62,808 nucleotides of DNA from a virus. Position numbers and translations under genes: made by a program. Of this stretch, positions 17,340 to 26,788 are shown piece after piece. Position 1 is the stretch's first letter; every line of letters begins with the position of its first letter. The notes under the pieces were generated by a model. The model was not told the origin of the DNA. It made no database searches and saw nothing but the letters and a program-made list of their open reading frames with translations. Location of the stretch: positions 1 to 62,808 of the IMG/VR virus record IMGVR_UViG_3300045988_163888, one strand, 5' to 3'.

Positions 17340-17948
17340 TTAAAACGGGATATCATCGTTCATCTCCGTTTGCATCTGAGCCGGAGCGGCGGCTTGAGGT
17401 TCGTCTTCGGGGCTGTAACGGTGCTCGCCGTTATTTGCGTTTTGCGGCGCGTTATACGCGTTATTTGGCGCTTGCCTGTAGGATTGACGCGGTCTGTTGC
17501 CTTCGTCGCTTCTAGGGGCGTTTCCTGCATTGTTTTGCGTATTGTAATCGCCGCCGTTGCCGTGATAATTCCCAGGCTGATTTCCATATTCTCCCCGATT
17601 CCCGCCGCCGTTGCGGTTGTCGCTGTTGTTCTTGCTTTCCGCAAAAGCGACCGTTTCTGCGGTAACTTTGAGTGCAGAACGGTTTTGTCCCTGCTTGTCG
17701 GTCCATTTTTCAAGCGTTAAACGCCCTTCAATCAGGATCGGCGACCCTTTATCAAAATACCGTTCGCAAAATTCCGCAGTTTTCCCCCACGCGTTTACGT
17801 CGATGTAGGTAACCTCTTGCTTATCATCCTTGCCAAGTCTCCGATTTACAGCCACGCTCATATTGACAATAGCCGTTCCGCTTACGGTGTGGCGCATTTC
17901 GGGCTTACGGGTCAAGCGTCCAACCAAAATAACCTTGTTGTAATCCAT
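17340..17948 (-). CDS. ssb: single-stranded DNA-binding protein
   Basis: OB-fold SSB N-terminus, Gly/Asn/Gln-rich linker, C-terminal acidic tail ending DDIPF. Confidence 0.85.
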   Translation of the reverse strand: MDYNKVILVGRLTRKPEMRHTVSGTAIVNMSVAVNRRLGKDDKQEVTYIDVNAWGKTAEFCERYFDKGSPILIEGRLTLEKWTDKQGQNRSALKVTAETVAFAESKNNSDNRNGGGNRGEYGNQPGNYHGNGGDYNTQNNAGNAPRSDEGNRPRQSYRQAPNNAYNAPQNANNGEHRYSPEDEPQAAAPAQMQTEMNDDIPF

Positions 17949-17995
17949 GCTTTTCAAAGCCTCCGTATTTTCTGTCTTTGTTTCAGTTCGTTTTT

Positions 17996-18430
17996 TTAGT
18001 TTTTGCCCGTGGACCCATAACCGCCCGCGCCGCGTTCCGATTCAGAGAGCTCATCTGCCTCTACATATTCGACGCGCGGGACTGGTTTTATGATAAGTTG
18101 CGCGAATCTGTCTCCGGTATCATAGGGGAGTTTGGTTCCGCTATGGTAAAAAATGGCGCAAATTTCGCCACGATATCCGGAATCAATCGTCCCAACACCA
18201 TTGGATAATATTGCTTCAGATTTGTGAATACTGGAACGTGCTCTAAGCTGCCCTTCGTACCCTTCGGGGATCTCAACAGCAATACCGGAATGCGCCTTAA
18301 CTCTGCAACTGTCAAGGCGTTCAACATAAACGGCTGTGAGGTCAAATCCGGCATCGCCGGGTCTGCCTTGCTTCGGGGCTTCAGCCTCCGGTGTGAGTTT
18401 CTTAAACTTGATTTTCATGCTTGTCATGGT
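17996..18430 (-). CDS. dut: dUTP diphosphatase
   Basis: all five dUTPase motifs present (GDAGFDL, RSS, GTIDSGYRGEI, GDRFAQLII, RGAGGYGSTG). Confidence 0.9.
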   Translation of the reverse strand, partial: TMTSMKIKFKKLTPEAEAPKQGRPGDAGFDLTAVYVERLDSCRVKAHSGIAVEIPEGYEGQLRARSSIHKSEAILSNGVGTIDSGYRGEICAIFYHSGTKLPYDTGDRFAQLIIKPVPRVEYVEADELSESERGAGGYGSTGKN

Positions 18431-18462
18431 AATATAACCTTTCTTTGCTTTTTTGCTAATAT

Positions 18463-19077
18463 TCAAGCGATTTTTGCGGACTTTTCTTCAAGGATACAGG
18501 CGATTACGCGCTCTCCTTGATTGCGGATTGTCTTTGCCCGCCGGATTATGCGTTTTGCGACGTTCCCATTTTCGGAAACGATTGTCAAAACCTTGCCTTT
18601 TCGGGCGTTAAAGGGTTTGTATTCAAGAGGCAAAAGGACGATCCGACGGTTTTTAAGCTGTATCTTTTTGTACAGCGAGTGGGGTACGTGAAACACGCCG
18701 TCCGCGATTTCCTTCGCCTTGCGCTCCGCTTCCTCTTTTTCGCGCTTCTTTGCTTCGCGCTTCGCCTTGCGTTCGGCTTTTTTGCGTTCCTGCTCTTCGT
18801 CAAGAGCTTTCCCCATGTACTTTTCCGTGGTTCCGACAGGGTCTTTCAGATACTCTTCCTTGACGATTTTCCGGATTGGCGCGGCGATTCGGGACAAGTC
18901 AAACGCGCCGGGTTCAAACATTTTGTCCTCCCGCCCCTGAACGACGACGTACATTCCGGCGATGAACGCGCATTGCGGGCAAACCTTGAACGGCTTTTCT
19001 TTGGTTGCGATATTGGTAACAGCTCTTGCATCAACCATGCTATTACAGCCGATGCAACGGACTTTTTCAGGGGTCAT
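18463..19077 (-). CDS. hypothetical protein with N-terminal zinc ribbon and Lys/Glu-rich central region
   Basis: CIGC...CPQC; AAGGAGG RBS; ATG overlaps stop of upstream frame (ATGA). Confidence 0.5.
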   Translation of the reverse strand: MTPEKVRCIGCNSMVDARAVTNIATKEKPFKVCPQCAFIAGMYVVVQGREDKMFEPGAFDLSRIAAPIRKIVKEEYLKDPVGTTEKYMGKALDEEQERKKAERKAKREAKKREKEEAERKAKEIADGVFHVPHSLYKKIQLKNRRIVLLPLEYKPFNARKGKVLTIVSENGNVAKRIIRRAKTIRNQGERVIACILEEKSAKIA

Positions 19078-19103
19078 TTTCCTTCCTCCTTTTCGTGGAA
19101 ACA

Positions 19104-19507
19104 CATGTCCTTAAAATTTCGATATTTGGTTTTTTCGGCATTATCCAGATACAGTGTAAGGGCTTCCGATACTATATGCTCAATCTCCCTTATCTCTTCC
19201 GATTGCGGAGCATGTACGCATACCCGCAAAATGTCGTTCAGGGCTCTGTGAAAAAATTCCTCAAACTCGCTCGTTTTTGGCTCCTCTTTTTTCCGAAAAT
19301 AATCTGTTGTATTTCATCAAAAGTTGGAAGTTCCGGATCAATGCGGAACTTTTTGCCTTCGATTTCTATTTCATGTAAGCAGTCTTCAACGGTCTGTTTT
19401 ACAAGTCTTTCCCGTTTAGCTTTGGCGACAGCCTTGTCGATTTCATCCCGAGTTGGAAGCCCCGGTTTGCGGGGCTCGTTGCGTTCACGTTTTTCCTGTT
19501 CAGTCAT
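19104..19507 (-). CDS. hypothetical protein encoded in two frames joined at an A_AAA_AAG slippery heptamer (-1 frameshift or homopolymer indel)
   Basis: frame X 19238..19507 (89 aa) and frame Y 19104..~19300 (no start codon; ends with TGA overlapping next ATG) overlap at GGA AAA AAG (19285..19292, minus). Confidence 0.5.
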
Positions 19508-19937
19508 TTTTTACCTTTTCATGTTCCAGTTTCAACCATTTGACGGTGTGTTTGAGACAACGCTTGCTTGCATCGATACGATTGTAAATACCTCCCTCTT
19601 CTGCGTATCCTTCAAATACTTTTCCGTCTGGAGCAACGCAAAAGCGATCACAAATGTCAAAATCAACTAGTCTTTTTGCCAGCTCCTGCGGATGTTTGCA
19701 AAGCCAGTCTAGGTTTGTAACCGGACGTTCAATCAGGGAGTTTTTCCAGTCCGTCGCGTCGAACTCTCCACAATACCGATCATAGGCGTACATCCAGCGC
19801 CCACGGACAGCGTCATAGTCGGGCTCTTGGTCGTAATAGTACGCAGTTCCGTCCCTGTTTACTGCCGCGTAACGTGCCCATTTCGGGCACGATTTACGCT
19901 TGAAAGCGGCGGTTGTAAGTTTCTTCCGTTCGTTCAT
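19500..19937 (-). CDS. hypothetical protein
   Basis: 145 aa ORF translationally coupled to neighbours. Confidence 0.45.
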   Translation of the reverse strand: MNERKKLTTAAFKRKSCPKWARYAAVNRDGTAYYYDQEPDYDAVRGRWMYAYDRYCGEFDATDWKNSLIERPVTNLDWLCKHPQELAKRLVDFDICDRFCVAPDGKVFEGYAEEGGIYNRIDASKRCLKHTVKWLKLEHEKVKND

Positions 19938-20260
19938 TTCCCTGCCTCCTTTGCCGGTTCCATGTTCAGAAATTCACGAATGGAATCGGGGGTAATACGA
20001 ACTAATCTATGCCCCAGTTTTACGGTGTGAAGTTGTCCGGTTTTTATATATTTGTACAAGGTAATGCGATGTACCTGCAACAGGGCGCATGTCTCCTTTA
20101 TCGTCAGCGGACGTTCAATGCTCAAGTTTTGCTCCGGTTCGTCAATTTCATATTTTTTCAGTGCTGCGACAAGTCTTGCTTTAGTGAGTTTCGGTACTGC
20201 CGACCTAAGTAACGCAACAGCGCCTTCCAATACCGTGGGGTTAATTTCAAGGACTTTCAT
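19934..20260 (-). CDS. HTH DNA-binding protein (MerR/excisionase-like)
   Basis: LTIKETCALLQVHRITLYKYIKTGQL helix-turn-helix. Confidence 0.5.
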   Translation of the reverse strand: MKVLEINPTVLEGAVALLRSAVPKLTKARLVAALKKYEIDEPEQNLSIERPLTIKETCALLQVHRITLYKYIKTGQLHTVKLGHRLVRITPDSIREFLNMEPAKEAGK

Positions 20261-20275
20261 TTTGTTTCTCCTGTG

Positions 20276-21064
20276 TTAGTTTTTCTTTTCGAAGTGTTCA
20301 AACTCCGGCACTTTGATTTTGTCTTTCGGAAAATCTTCAAGCTCAACGAGCTTTTGCATGATGTAGCGCATCTGCGGGTGCGCTCCGGGCGCGAGACGGA
20401 GCTTGAGCATATCTTCCCATTGCTTGTACATCCCGGTGACATACAGCACGGTCGCGGTTGAAAGGGGCAAAACGGCGCGGGCTTCCTGCGGACGCGCTCC
20501 CTTGCGAATCATCAGGCGATATGCGGCTTCCGCTGAGACGCACTCCATATACCACGCGTCGCTCAAAACACCGAATTCATCCCATGCGAACGGAACGGGC
20601 TTGATAAAGTCGATACAGTCGGACATGTTGCAATACCGCGTCGAGCGCTCCATAAAGGACATCTGCCTGTGGCGTATCAGCTCGCGTGCCACGCCGATAT
20701 CAACCGTAAACTTGACGGTCATATAGTCGTCGGCTTCCGGCAATTCTTTCAAGTCTTCGAGTTTTCCTTCCAATGTAAGATAATCTCTAACATTGACTGT
20801 GAGGCGTTTTTCCAAATCCCCGGTTGTTCCAAGTCGATCCCAAATACCGTAAGATTTAACCCAAAGACTCAGAATGTCCCAGTCCGCCGCCACTCTCACA
20901 TGCTCGAACGGCGTTTCATGGCGATTTTTCCAAAGGTTTTCGACAAAGCCGGGCTTGCTTCCTACTTTGTCTTGCGTTCCCGTGCAAACGCGGGCGATTG
21001 TCTCAATTTTTCGGAAGTGGTCGTATTCGGTGTAGATTTCTACGGACGGTTCAATGATTCTCAT
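20276..21064 (-). CDS. thyX: flavin-dependent thymidylate synthase ThyX
   Basis: ThyX signature RHRQMSFMERS (RHR-X7-S). Confidence 0.85.
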   Translation of the reverse strand: MRIIEPSVEIYTEYDHFRKIETIARVCTGTQDKVGSKPGFVENLWKNRHETPFEHVRVAADWDILSLWVKSYGIWDRLGTTGDLEKRLTVNVRDYLTLEGKLEDLKELPEADDYMTVKFTVDIGVARELIRHRQMSFMERSTRYCNMSDCIDFIKPVPFAWDEFGVLSDAWYMECVSAEAAYRLMIRKGARPQEARAVLPLSTATVLYVTGMYKQWEDMLKLRLAPGAHPQMRYIMQKLVELEDFPKDKIKVPEFEHFEKKN

Positions 21065-21492
21065 TTTGAGAGCTCCTTTCTGAATGCGTTTTCGAGTATG
21101 TTGATTGCGTCAATTGCGGAGAATTTGTCCATAGTCAAAATCTCCTGCAAAACGTTGTATTTTATGCGTTCTATTGAGGATTTTTCATCCGGAATACCCA
21201 ATACTCTAAACATTGCGATAGCGGGCAAGTTCATTTCCGGGTCAAGCACGCGGGCCATATAAAACTTCGCTTTTTCGCAATCTTCGATTGCTTTTTCCGG
21301 TTCTCCCTTAAGTCCAGCCCTCCAAACGTACTTAAATGCATTGCCCCTGCAAAAGTCGAGATAGCGCGCAATGTCAAGACACTCTATCTGTCTTGCCTCA
21401 AAGATTGGCGCGTAATGCGCCGGATGGTTTACTGCGTCAGCCATAATTTTCTCCTTATTTTGTGACTGTGGTTTTAAAATTTTTGAGTTCAT
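21061..21492 (-). CDS. DUF3310-like phage protein
   Basis: NHPAHY ... FKYVWRAG pattern typical of DUF3310. Confidence 0.5.
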   Translation of the reverse strand: MNSKILKPQSQNKEKIMADAVNHPAHYAPIFEARQIECLDIARYLDFCRGNAFKYVWRAGLKGEPEKAIEDCEKAKFYMARVLDPEMNLPAIAMFRVLGIPDEKSSIERIKYNVLQEILTMDKFSAIDAINILENAFRKELSK

Positions 21493-21865
21493 CCTTCAAG
21501 GCGCGGTCGATTGCCTCAACCCACGCCCTATAGCTTTTCGCGGTCTCATCATCGGCGCTTGCCATGCCGATAATAAGTCCCTCCCTAAACATCGTCAGCA
21601 AGTCGCGATATCTGGAAAGCGTGGCGTTACAAGTTTTCAGCATTTTGAGCGCCCTTTTTGTTTGGTCAACCGACTTGCCCCACATGTCAAAAGTCCAGTT
21701 CATGCGCATGTCGACCAGCCGCAAATACGCGATAATCGCCAACCCAAAGACTGTTACGATGATTCCGACTGGGTCCGCTCTTGCAATTGAGATTGCCACA
21801 AGAGCCGCCTGAATCGCAAGACAAATATCTGTTATGGGGCTTTTAAAAAAGGTTTTCAGGTTCAT
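21455..21865 (-). CDS. membrane protein (start at MNLKTFFKS)
   Basis: two hydrophobic helices; ATGA overlap with upstream stop at 21862. Confidence 0.4.
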   Translation of the reverse strand: MNLKTFFKSPITDICLAIQAALVAISIARADPVGIIVTVFGLAIIAYLRLVDMRMNWTFDMWGKSVDQTKRALKMLKTCNATLSRYRDLLTMFREGLIIGMASADDETAKSYRAWVEAIDRALKDELKNFKTTVTK

Positions 21866-22575
21866 TTTCCCTCTTCCTCCTCGGTTTTGATTTCGTCCGC
21901 ATCTTCCGCCAGCCAGTCTTTCCAGCATTCGCAGCAACGATTATCGACACAGTGGTCCACCATGCACGCGCCAACGTCGCAAAGCCACCCCATCAGTTCC
22001 TCGTCACTCATTGCTCGAATCCATTCAGCGTTCGTCATTTTCCATTTCCTTGTTTTTTCGTCCGCATCTTCCCCCAGCCAGTCTTTCCAGCATGTGCGGC
22101 AGTCCTCGTAATCATCACAGCGCCAATGGTCGTAGTCCATGCACGCGCAGGTCAGACCATCCAGCCACTTCAGCATTCGCAGCCACTCCAGCAGCTCCTC
22201 GTCCGTCATCTGTCTAACTTTATCCGCATTTGTCATTTTCCATCCTCCTTTTTCTTCAAGTTTCGGTATCATCAGCCCGCCCGCGTTATGGTCGTCGATG
22301 TAGACATCCGCGTAAACCTTTCGCGGGTTGTTTCCCCACTGCTCGACGCGTTCGGGCAGATTGTCGTTTATCGCCGCCGGAAAGCACTTCCGGAGCACTA
22401 AAAAAGTGAGTGCCTCCCTTAGACTTTTTCCCTCGCGCATGGTGAGGAGAATCCACTTATCGCCGCGCTTCTGGATAGCGCGGATGAACTCAATTGTAGC
22501 CGGAATCGGCTTGCCGATTGCTGGGTATTCCTCGGTTACAATTGTACCGTCAAAGTCAATCGCGTAAATCGTCAT
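21862..22575 (-). CDS. HAD-superfamily phosphatase-like N-domain fused to a tandemly duplicated Cys/Trp-rich module
   Basis: DFDGTI (motif I) and YIDD; two ~60-aa repeats KMTNA..DEEL..W..C.C.D..W....C..CWKDWL.EDADE; also a ~180-bp tandem repeat at nucleotide level. Confidence 0.55.
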   Translation of the reverse strand: MTIYAIDFDGTIVTEEYPAIGKPIPATIEFIRAIQKRGDKWILLTMREGKSLREALTFLVLRKCFPAAINDNLPERVEQWGNNPRKVYADVYIDDHNAGGLMIPKLEEKGGWKMTNADKVRQMTDEELLEWLRMLKWLDGLTCACMDYDHWRCDDYEDCRTCWKDWLGEDADEKTRKWKMTNAEWIRAMSDEELMGWLCDVGACMVDHCVDNRCCECWKDWLAEDADEIKTEEEEGK

Positions 22576-22883
22576 TTCTCACCTCTGACATGTTTTAGCA
22601 GGATATCTATCAACAACGCAACACCCTGCCTAGCAACGTAGGGATATTCTTTTTCTCTCAAAATCCCTGCAACATCCTTGAGGACCTGATACATCGTCGG
22701 TGCGGCGGCAATCAGCGCGGCGTTCTCCTTGTAAGGGAGACTTCCTCCACTTGCATTCCATACGTGGCAAATGTCCCTTCCTCCTGTTGTTGTTACAGCC
22801 AATCCGGTTAAGCAGTCTTCATAAAAATTCTCCAACTCTTCAGATACTTTCCACGGTCCCGGTGTAAAATTCTCTTTGTCCAT
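22572..22883 (-). CDS. hypothetical protein
   Basis: 103 aa ORF. Confidence 0.4.
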   Translation of the reverse strand: MDKENFTPGPWKVSEELENFYEDCLTGLAVTTTGGRDICHVWNASGGSLPYKENAALIAAAPTMYQVLKDVAGILREKEYPYVARQGVALLIDILLKHVRGEK

Positions 22884-23020
22884 TTTATCTTTCCTCTGTG
22901 TTATGATTTTGCGCCGTGCGTGTTAGATTTTTGAGCACGGCGCGTGTTATGCGTGTTACGATTTTGCTGGTTTGTACGACAGGTGTTATGCGCTGTGTTA
23001 CAAAACCTCATCAAGCTGAT

Positions 23021-23437
23021 TTATTCGTTTTCTTTCCGCTGTAGGCGGACTTTTTCGATTTTCTTGTCGAGTTTATTAAGATCCTTGCGAAGCTTGTTGA
23101 TGTGTTCTTTCACGATTTCCACTCCTTTTATTGGTGCCGTCGTTATATCCCTTAGATCGTAATACTTGTTATACAGAGCATTCAGCTTCAGGGCAATTTT
23201 CCCCCGCTCGGCTTTCAGCTCCTCAAGAGGCTTGTAAACGGGTCTTCGGCTGGAAACATGTACACATCTGCCGCAATACTGACATTGGAACGTCCTTATG
23301 TTGTAATTGTCCCTAAGCTCGTCATCTTCAAGAGGGCAATTGACAGCGATCTCGCGAATGTTATTTCCTCCGCAAAAAACGCACGTCCTTTCAAGCTCTT
23401 CTTCAAATGTTCCCATTTTGGTTCCTTTCTCCTTCAA
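23021..23437 (-). CDS. hypothetical Cys4 zinc-ribbon protein with coiled-coil C-terminus
   Basis: CVFCGG...CPLEDD / CQYCGRC. Confidence 0.4.
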   Translation of the reverse strand: MKEKGTKMGTFEEELERTCVFCGGNNIREIAVNCPLEDDELRDNYNIRTFQCQYCGRCVHVSSRRPVYKPLEELKAERGKIALKLNALYNKYYDLRDITTAPIKGVEIVKEHINKLRKDLNKLDKKIEKVRLQRKENE

Positions 23438-23624
23438 GTTTGTTCAGTTCTTTTGTCAGGGCGGCTATTTCCTCTCTTGCCGCCTCTATGTCATCTTCCA
23501 CATCTTCGCCGTCATCTCTGTCAATCAACAGGATTTCTAGGCAATCGTTCAAGCGCTCCAAATTGCGCCGAATGCGGCAATAGCGCCTCGCCCACTCATC
23601 CCAACTTTCTTCCATCTTAATCAC
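23403..23624 (-). CDS. hypothetical acidic protein
   Basis: 73 aa ORF overlapping neighbours by short coupling overlaps. Confidence 0.35.
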   Translation of the reverse strand: MIKMEESWDEWARRYCRIRRNLERLNDCLEILLIDRDDGEDVEDDIEAAREEIAALTKELNKLEGERNQNGNI

Positions 23625-23823
23625 CCTCCTTCTTTTCTTGCTTTTCGTGGAAAACCAACATGCTTCCGCAGTATCCGCATTCTAATTCGTGACGTATCCA
23701 TTCTCCGACCTTGCGCTTTTCGTGGAAAACCAGTTTGCTTCCGCAGTTTTCGCAAGGCTCCTTAGCAAGGTCTTTGTGCTTAATCACGATTGTCGCACCG
23801 CAAGTCGATTTCATCTTCGTCAT
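23617..23823 (-). CDS. tandem zinc-ribbon protein
   Basis: duplicated module CENCGSKLVFHEKRK / CGYCGSMLVFHEKQEKK. Confidence 0.45.
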   Translation of the reverse strand: MTKMKSTCGATIVIKHKDLAKEPCENCGSKLVFHEKRKVGEWIRHELECGYCGSMLVFHEKQEKKEGD

Positions 23824-24211
23824 CCTCCTTATGTTTCTCTTCCCATTCCTCTGCTTTCAGGCGGCGAAAAACACACAGCAGGTCGTCAGCATTGCGTTTG
23901 ATATCGCAGAGAATCGTTTTGAAAGTCTCAAGATCGTCGATTGTTGTTTGTCCGGTAATCCCTTTGTACGCGTAATTTCCAGCACATTGTGCACCAAGTA
24001 TAACTCTTGACGCAGTTGATATGATTTCCTGCCAGCAAATATCAACTTTAGATTGCGTATTGGTGTCCACCGCTTCCGGCCACGCATTTCCGCAATAGCC
24101 GCATTGATAAACAAGGTAATCTCCACCCTTGAGAAGCGTTCCTTCTTTTGGAACAGTGTAGTGCCCACAATGCGGGCATCGGCGCATTACTGCTTTGTCT
24201 TTAATATTCAT
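23780..24211 (-). CDS. hypothetical Cys-rich protein (start at MNIKDK)
   Basis: GGAGGG RBS before ATG 24211; CPHCGH...CGYCGN. Confidence 0.45.
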   Translation of the reverse strand: MNIKDKAVMRRCPHCGHYTVPKEGTLLKGGDYLVYQCGYCGNAWPEAVDTNTQSKVDICWQEIISTASRVILGAQCAGNYAYKGITGQTTIDDLETFKTILCDIKRNADDLLCVFRRLKAEEWEEKHKEDDEDEIDLRCDNRD

Positions 24212-24510
24212 CGTTCTTTCCCTCCCTCGAAATTTCGCCAAAACTCCATGTCCGCGGGTGATTCAAACCACTTTTTCCAGCAAGCCGCGCAATCATACGC
24301 TTCTCCGCAACTTCTAATCGGCGGGCAGTCCCATTTCGCGCAAAAATAAGCCAGTGCGAAATTGTCCAGCGCTTTCAACCGTTCTCCATTCGTGCCAAAC
24401 GCTTTCGGGCATTCCCCGTCCACGCGCCGGAAGCCGCCGAAACGGTCGCAAACAACGTACTTGCAATCGCCCGGAAACTTCCGAGCAAAGTTACATTCAA
24501 GACAGTTCAT
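24208..24510 (-). CDS. hypothetical Cys-rich protein
   Basis: 12 Cys in 100 aa. Confidence 0.45.
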   Translation of the reverse strand: MNCLECNFARKFPGDCKYVVCDRFGGFRRVDGECPKAFGTNGERLKALDNFALAYFCAKWDCPPIRSCGEAYDCAACWKKWFESPADMEFWRNFEGGKER

Positions 24511-25754
24511 TTCAGTTTCCTTTCGGTTAATTCAATGCGCATTCCAATCCAGCGCATTACGTTGACGCACATTGAGTTTCCGCACGCCTTGTATCGGTGT
24601 GAATCGGGACATTCTTCTTCCGGCTTGCCTCTCCACGGAATACGCGTCCAGTTGTCCGGGAAGCCCATCAGCCGCTCACATTCGACGGGAAGCAGGATGC
24701 GGACGGATGTGGCATAGACTAAAGGAAGATTGTTTCCTCCGGTCCCGGCGTTTGCGGAGATAACCGGGGCACAATCGACTCTCTTAACTCGGCTGTCCTT
24801 CGCATGATTTTCATAGCATACCGCCTGTTCTCCGTCCGAATTCGCCATCAAAGCAATCGGAGCCTCATGGTTACATGTTATCGCCGAGGGACAACCTGAA
24901 GAGATTTCCGCATTGCTCTGTCCGGACGCCATGACCAACGTCGGCCCGTTCACGTTTTTGCGCCGTGTGTCCACCGTCGCGGACACACGTCCGGTAATAG
25001 CCCCGTTATATCCATCGCATCCAAGCACATTCAGAAGCTCGCTGTCTTCGCCTGTTCCTGCAATGCTTCTGCCAGCTCTTTCGGCAAAGCGTTTCCTTTT
25101 CGTTCTGCGCGGCGGAGTATTCCGGAACACGCTTTCCGGCTCAAATAATACTCCTGCGGGACATCGGAAATCGGAACCAAAATGTCCGACAACGAACACA
25201 CGTCGTCGTCTTTGCGGAATGGCACGAGGGAATCCGTCCACTCTGACGTACTGAGCGTCCAGCACTCTCCATGCGCAAGAATACCCGATTTCATCAATTT
25301 TTCGCAGGAACGCCCGGAAGTCATCCCCTCGATTTGCACTGAAAACACCGGGGACGTTTTCCCACACGAACCATCTGGGACGCATAGTCTCAAGAAGTTC
25401 GCAATAGGCGAGGCAGAGGGCGCTTCGCGGGTCATTAAGTCCATCCCGCTTTCCCGCGACGCTAAATCCCTGGCACGGGGTCCCTCCGACGAGGAGATCA
25501 ACTCCTCCGGGAACAACGACATCTGCTCCAGATTCATTTTTGAACCGCTGAAGTTTTCCTGTCTCATTTTCGATTGTCTCCACTTTGATTTTTGTCATAT
25601 CTCCCAAGTTCGGAACTTCGGGAAAACGATGTTTCAGGACTGCGCACGGGAACGGTTCAATTTCGGAAAACCAAGCTGCTTTCCATCCGAGCGGCATCCA
25701 CGCAAGGCTTGCCGCCTCAACGCCGCTGCATACTGATGCGTAAATCATGTTCAT
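24507..25754 (-). CDS. DNA (cytosine-5)-methyltransferase
   Basis: motif IV GGTPCQGFS, motif VI VWENVPG, motif I-like YASVCSGVEAAS. Confidence 0.85.
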   Translation of the reverse strand: MNMIYASVCSGVEAASLAWMPLGWKAAWFSEIEPFPCAVLKHRFPEVPNLGDMTKIKVETIENETGKLQRFKNESGADVVVPGGVDLLVGGTPCQGFSVAGKRDGLNDPRSALCLAYCELLETMRPRWFVWENVPGVFSANRGDDFRAFLRKIDEIGYSCAWRVLDAQYVRVDGFPRAIPQRRRRVFVVGHFGSDFRCPAGVLFEPESVFRNTPPRRTKRKRFAERAGRSIAGTGEDSELLNVLGCDGYNGAITGRVSATVDTRRKNVNGPTLVMASGQSNAEISSGCPSAITCNHEAPIALMANSDGEQAVCYENHAKDSRVKRVDCAPVISANAGTGGNNLPLVYATSVRILLPVECERLMGFPDNWTRIPWRGKPEEECPDSHRYKACGNSMCVNVMRWIGMRIELTERKLK

Positions 25755-25757
25755 TCC

Positions 25758-26573
25758 TCACCATTTATAGTCAGTTTCTGCGGGCTGGACTTTTGCGTTT
25801 TTCGTCCAAACCACGCCCATCGTAAAGGCTAGGTTTTCCACCAAATCGCGCTCTTGCTCAGGCGTTGCACGATAGTCAATGCCCGCAACCGGGAAAAGGA
25901 TGTGGTTGTAAAACCACGCGAACGGGTCGCCGCCCGGCTTGATGTTTACCTCAAACAAAATCTTCCGGACTTTGTCTTTGTGCTCCTCGCTAAAACGGAG
26001 CTGGCTCACGCGCTCCGGATAGTTCTTTTCAGCCATTTTCATCACCGTCGCTAGAATGTCGTTGCTTGCTTTTTTGTACCCATCAACAGCGCGATTAGGC
26101 TTCCCATTTACGCATTTTTTCATACAATCCACAGAGCAAAAACGGCGATAATAATGCGACTTCGGAATCTCAAACGCCTTGCCGCAACACTCGCAGTATC
26201 TCGTAATCTTAATACCGCTTTCCGAGCGTTTTTCCGTGCACTCAAAACACGTCTTGCGCGCATATTTGCTTTCAAACTCCGCACCGCACTTTTTGCAAAT
26301 GCAATGCTTCATCTCCTTGTTTACTACGTATTTTTGGCGGTATTTCTCCTTCCAAGCCGCACTTGAGCATCTTTGCGAGCAGTAGATTTTCCGGCTCTTG
26401 TAGGAGGGCGCCTCAAACTCTTTCCCGCAATGGACGCAAGCTTTGGTAACCGTCTTTTTCGGTTGCCCGTACGGGTCTTTTCTGCAAGTTGGACACTTCG
26501 TTTCTTTCCGTGAGTAAAACGTCTTGCCGCACTTGGTACACACCCGCAACGTTGCCTCTTTTGCCGCGCTCAT
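25758..26573 (-). CDS. protein with four tandem FCS-type (MYM-like) zinc fingers plus C-terminal domain
   Basis: four repeats C..CGK.F.......(Y/F)CS..C (e.g. RRFCSVDCMKK, IYCSQRCS); AAGGAGG RBS before ATG 26573. Confidence 0.5.
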   Translation of the reverse strand: MSAAKEATLRVCTKCGKTFYSRKETKCPTCRKDPYGQPKKTVTKACVHCGKEFEAPSYKSRKIYCSQRCSSAAWKEKYRQKYVVNKEMKHCICKKCGAEFESKYARKTCFECTEKRSESGIKITRYCECCGKAFEIPKSHYYRRFCSVDCMKKCVNGKPNRAVDGYKKASNDILATVMKMAEKNYPERVSQLRFSEEHKDKVRKILFEVNIKPGGDPFAWFYNHILFPVAGIDYRATPEQERDLVENLAFTMGVVWTKNAKVQPAETDYKW

Positions 26574-26764
26574 TTCTTGCCTGCCTCCTTTCTGCGCTTT
26601 TCTTCCAGTTTTCGTTCTCGCGTTGCCCCTGCGGAGCACTTAGGCGAGCAAAAACGCCGTTTCTGGTATATGGAGTAAGATTCCCCGTTCACGGGTATCC
26701 GATTCCCGCAAAATTCACAGAAACGCGCCTCTACGGGCTTTTTCGGTTTGATACATGTCTTCAT
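26570..26764 (-). CDS. single FCS-type zinc-finger protein
   Basis: CEFCGNRIPV...RRFCSPKCS, same module as downstream gene. Confidence 0.45.
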   Translation of the reverse strand: MKTCIKPKKPVEARFCEFCGNRIPVNGESYSIYQKRRFCSPKCSAGATRERKLEEKRRKEAGKK

Positions 26765-26788
26765 CCGTCTTTTCCTTTTTTGTTTGTT

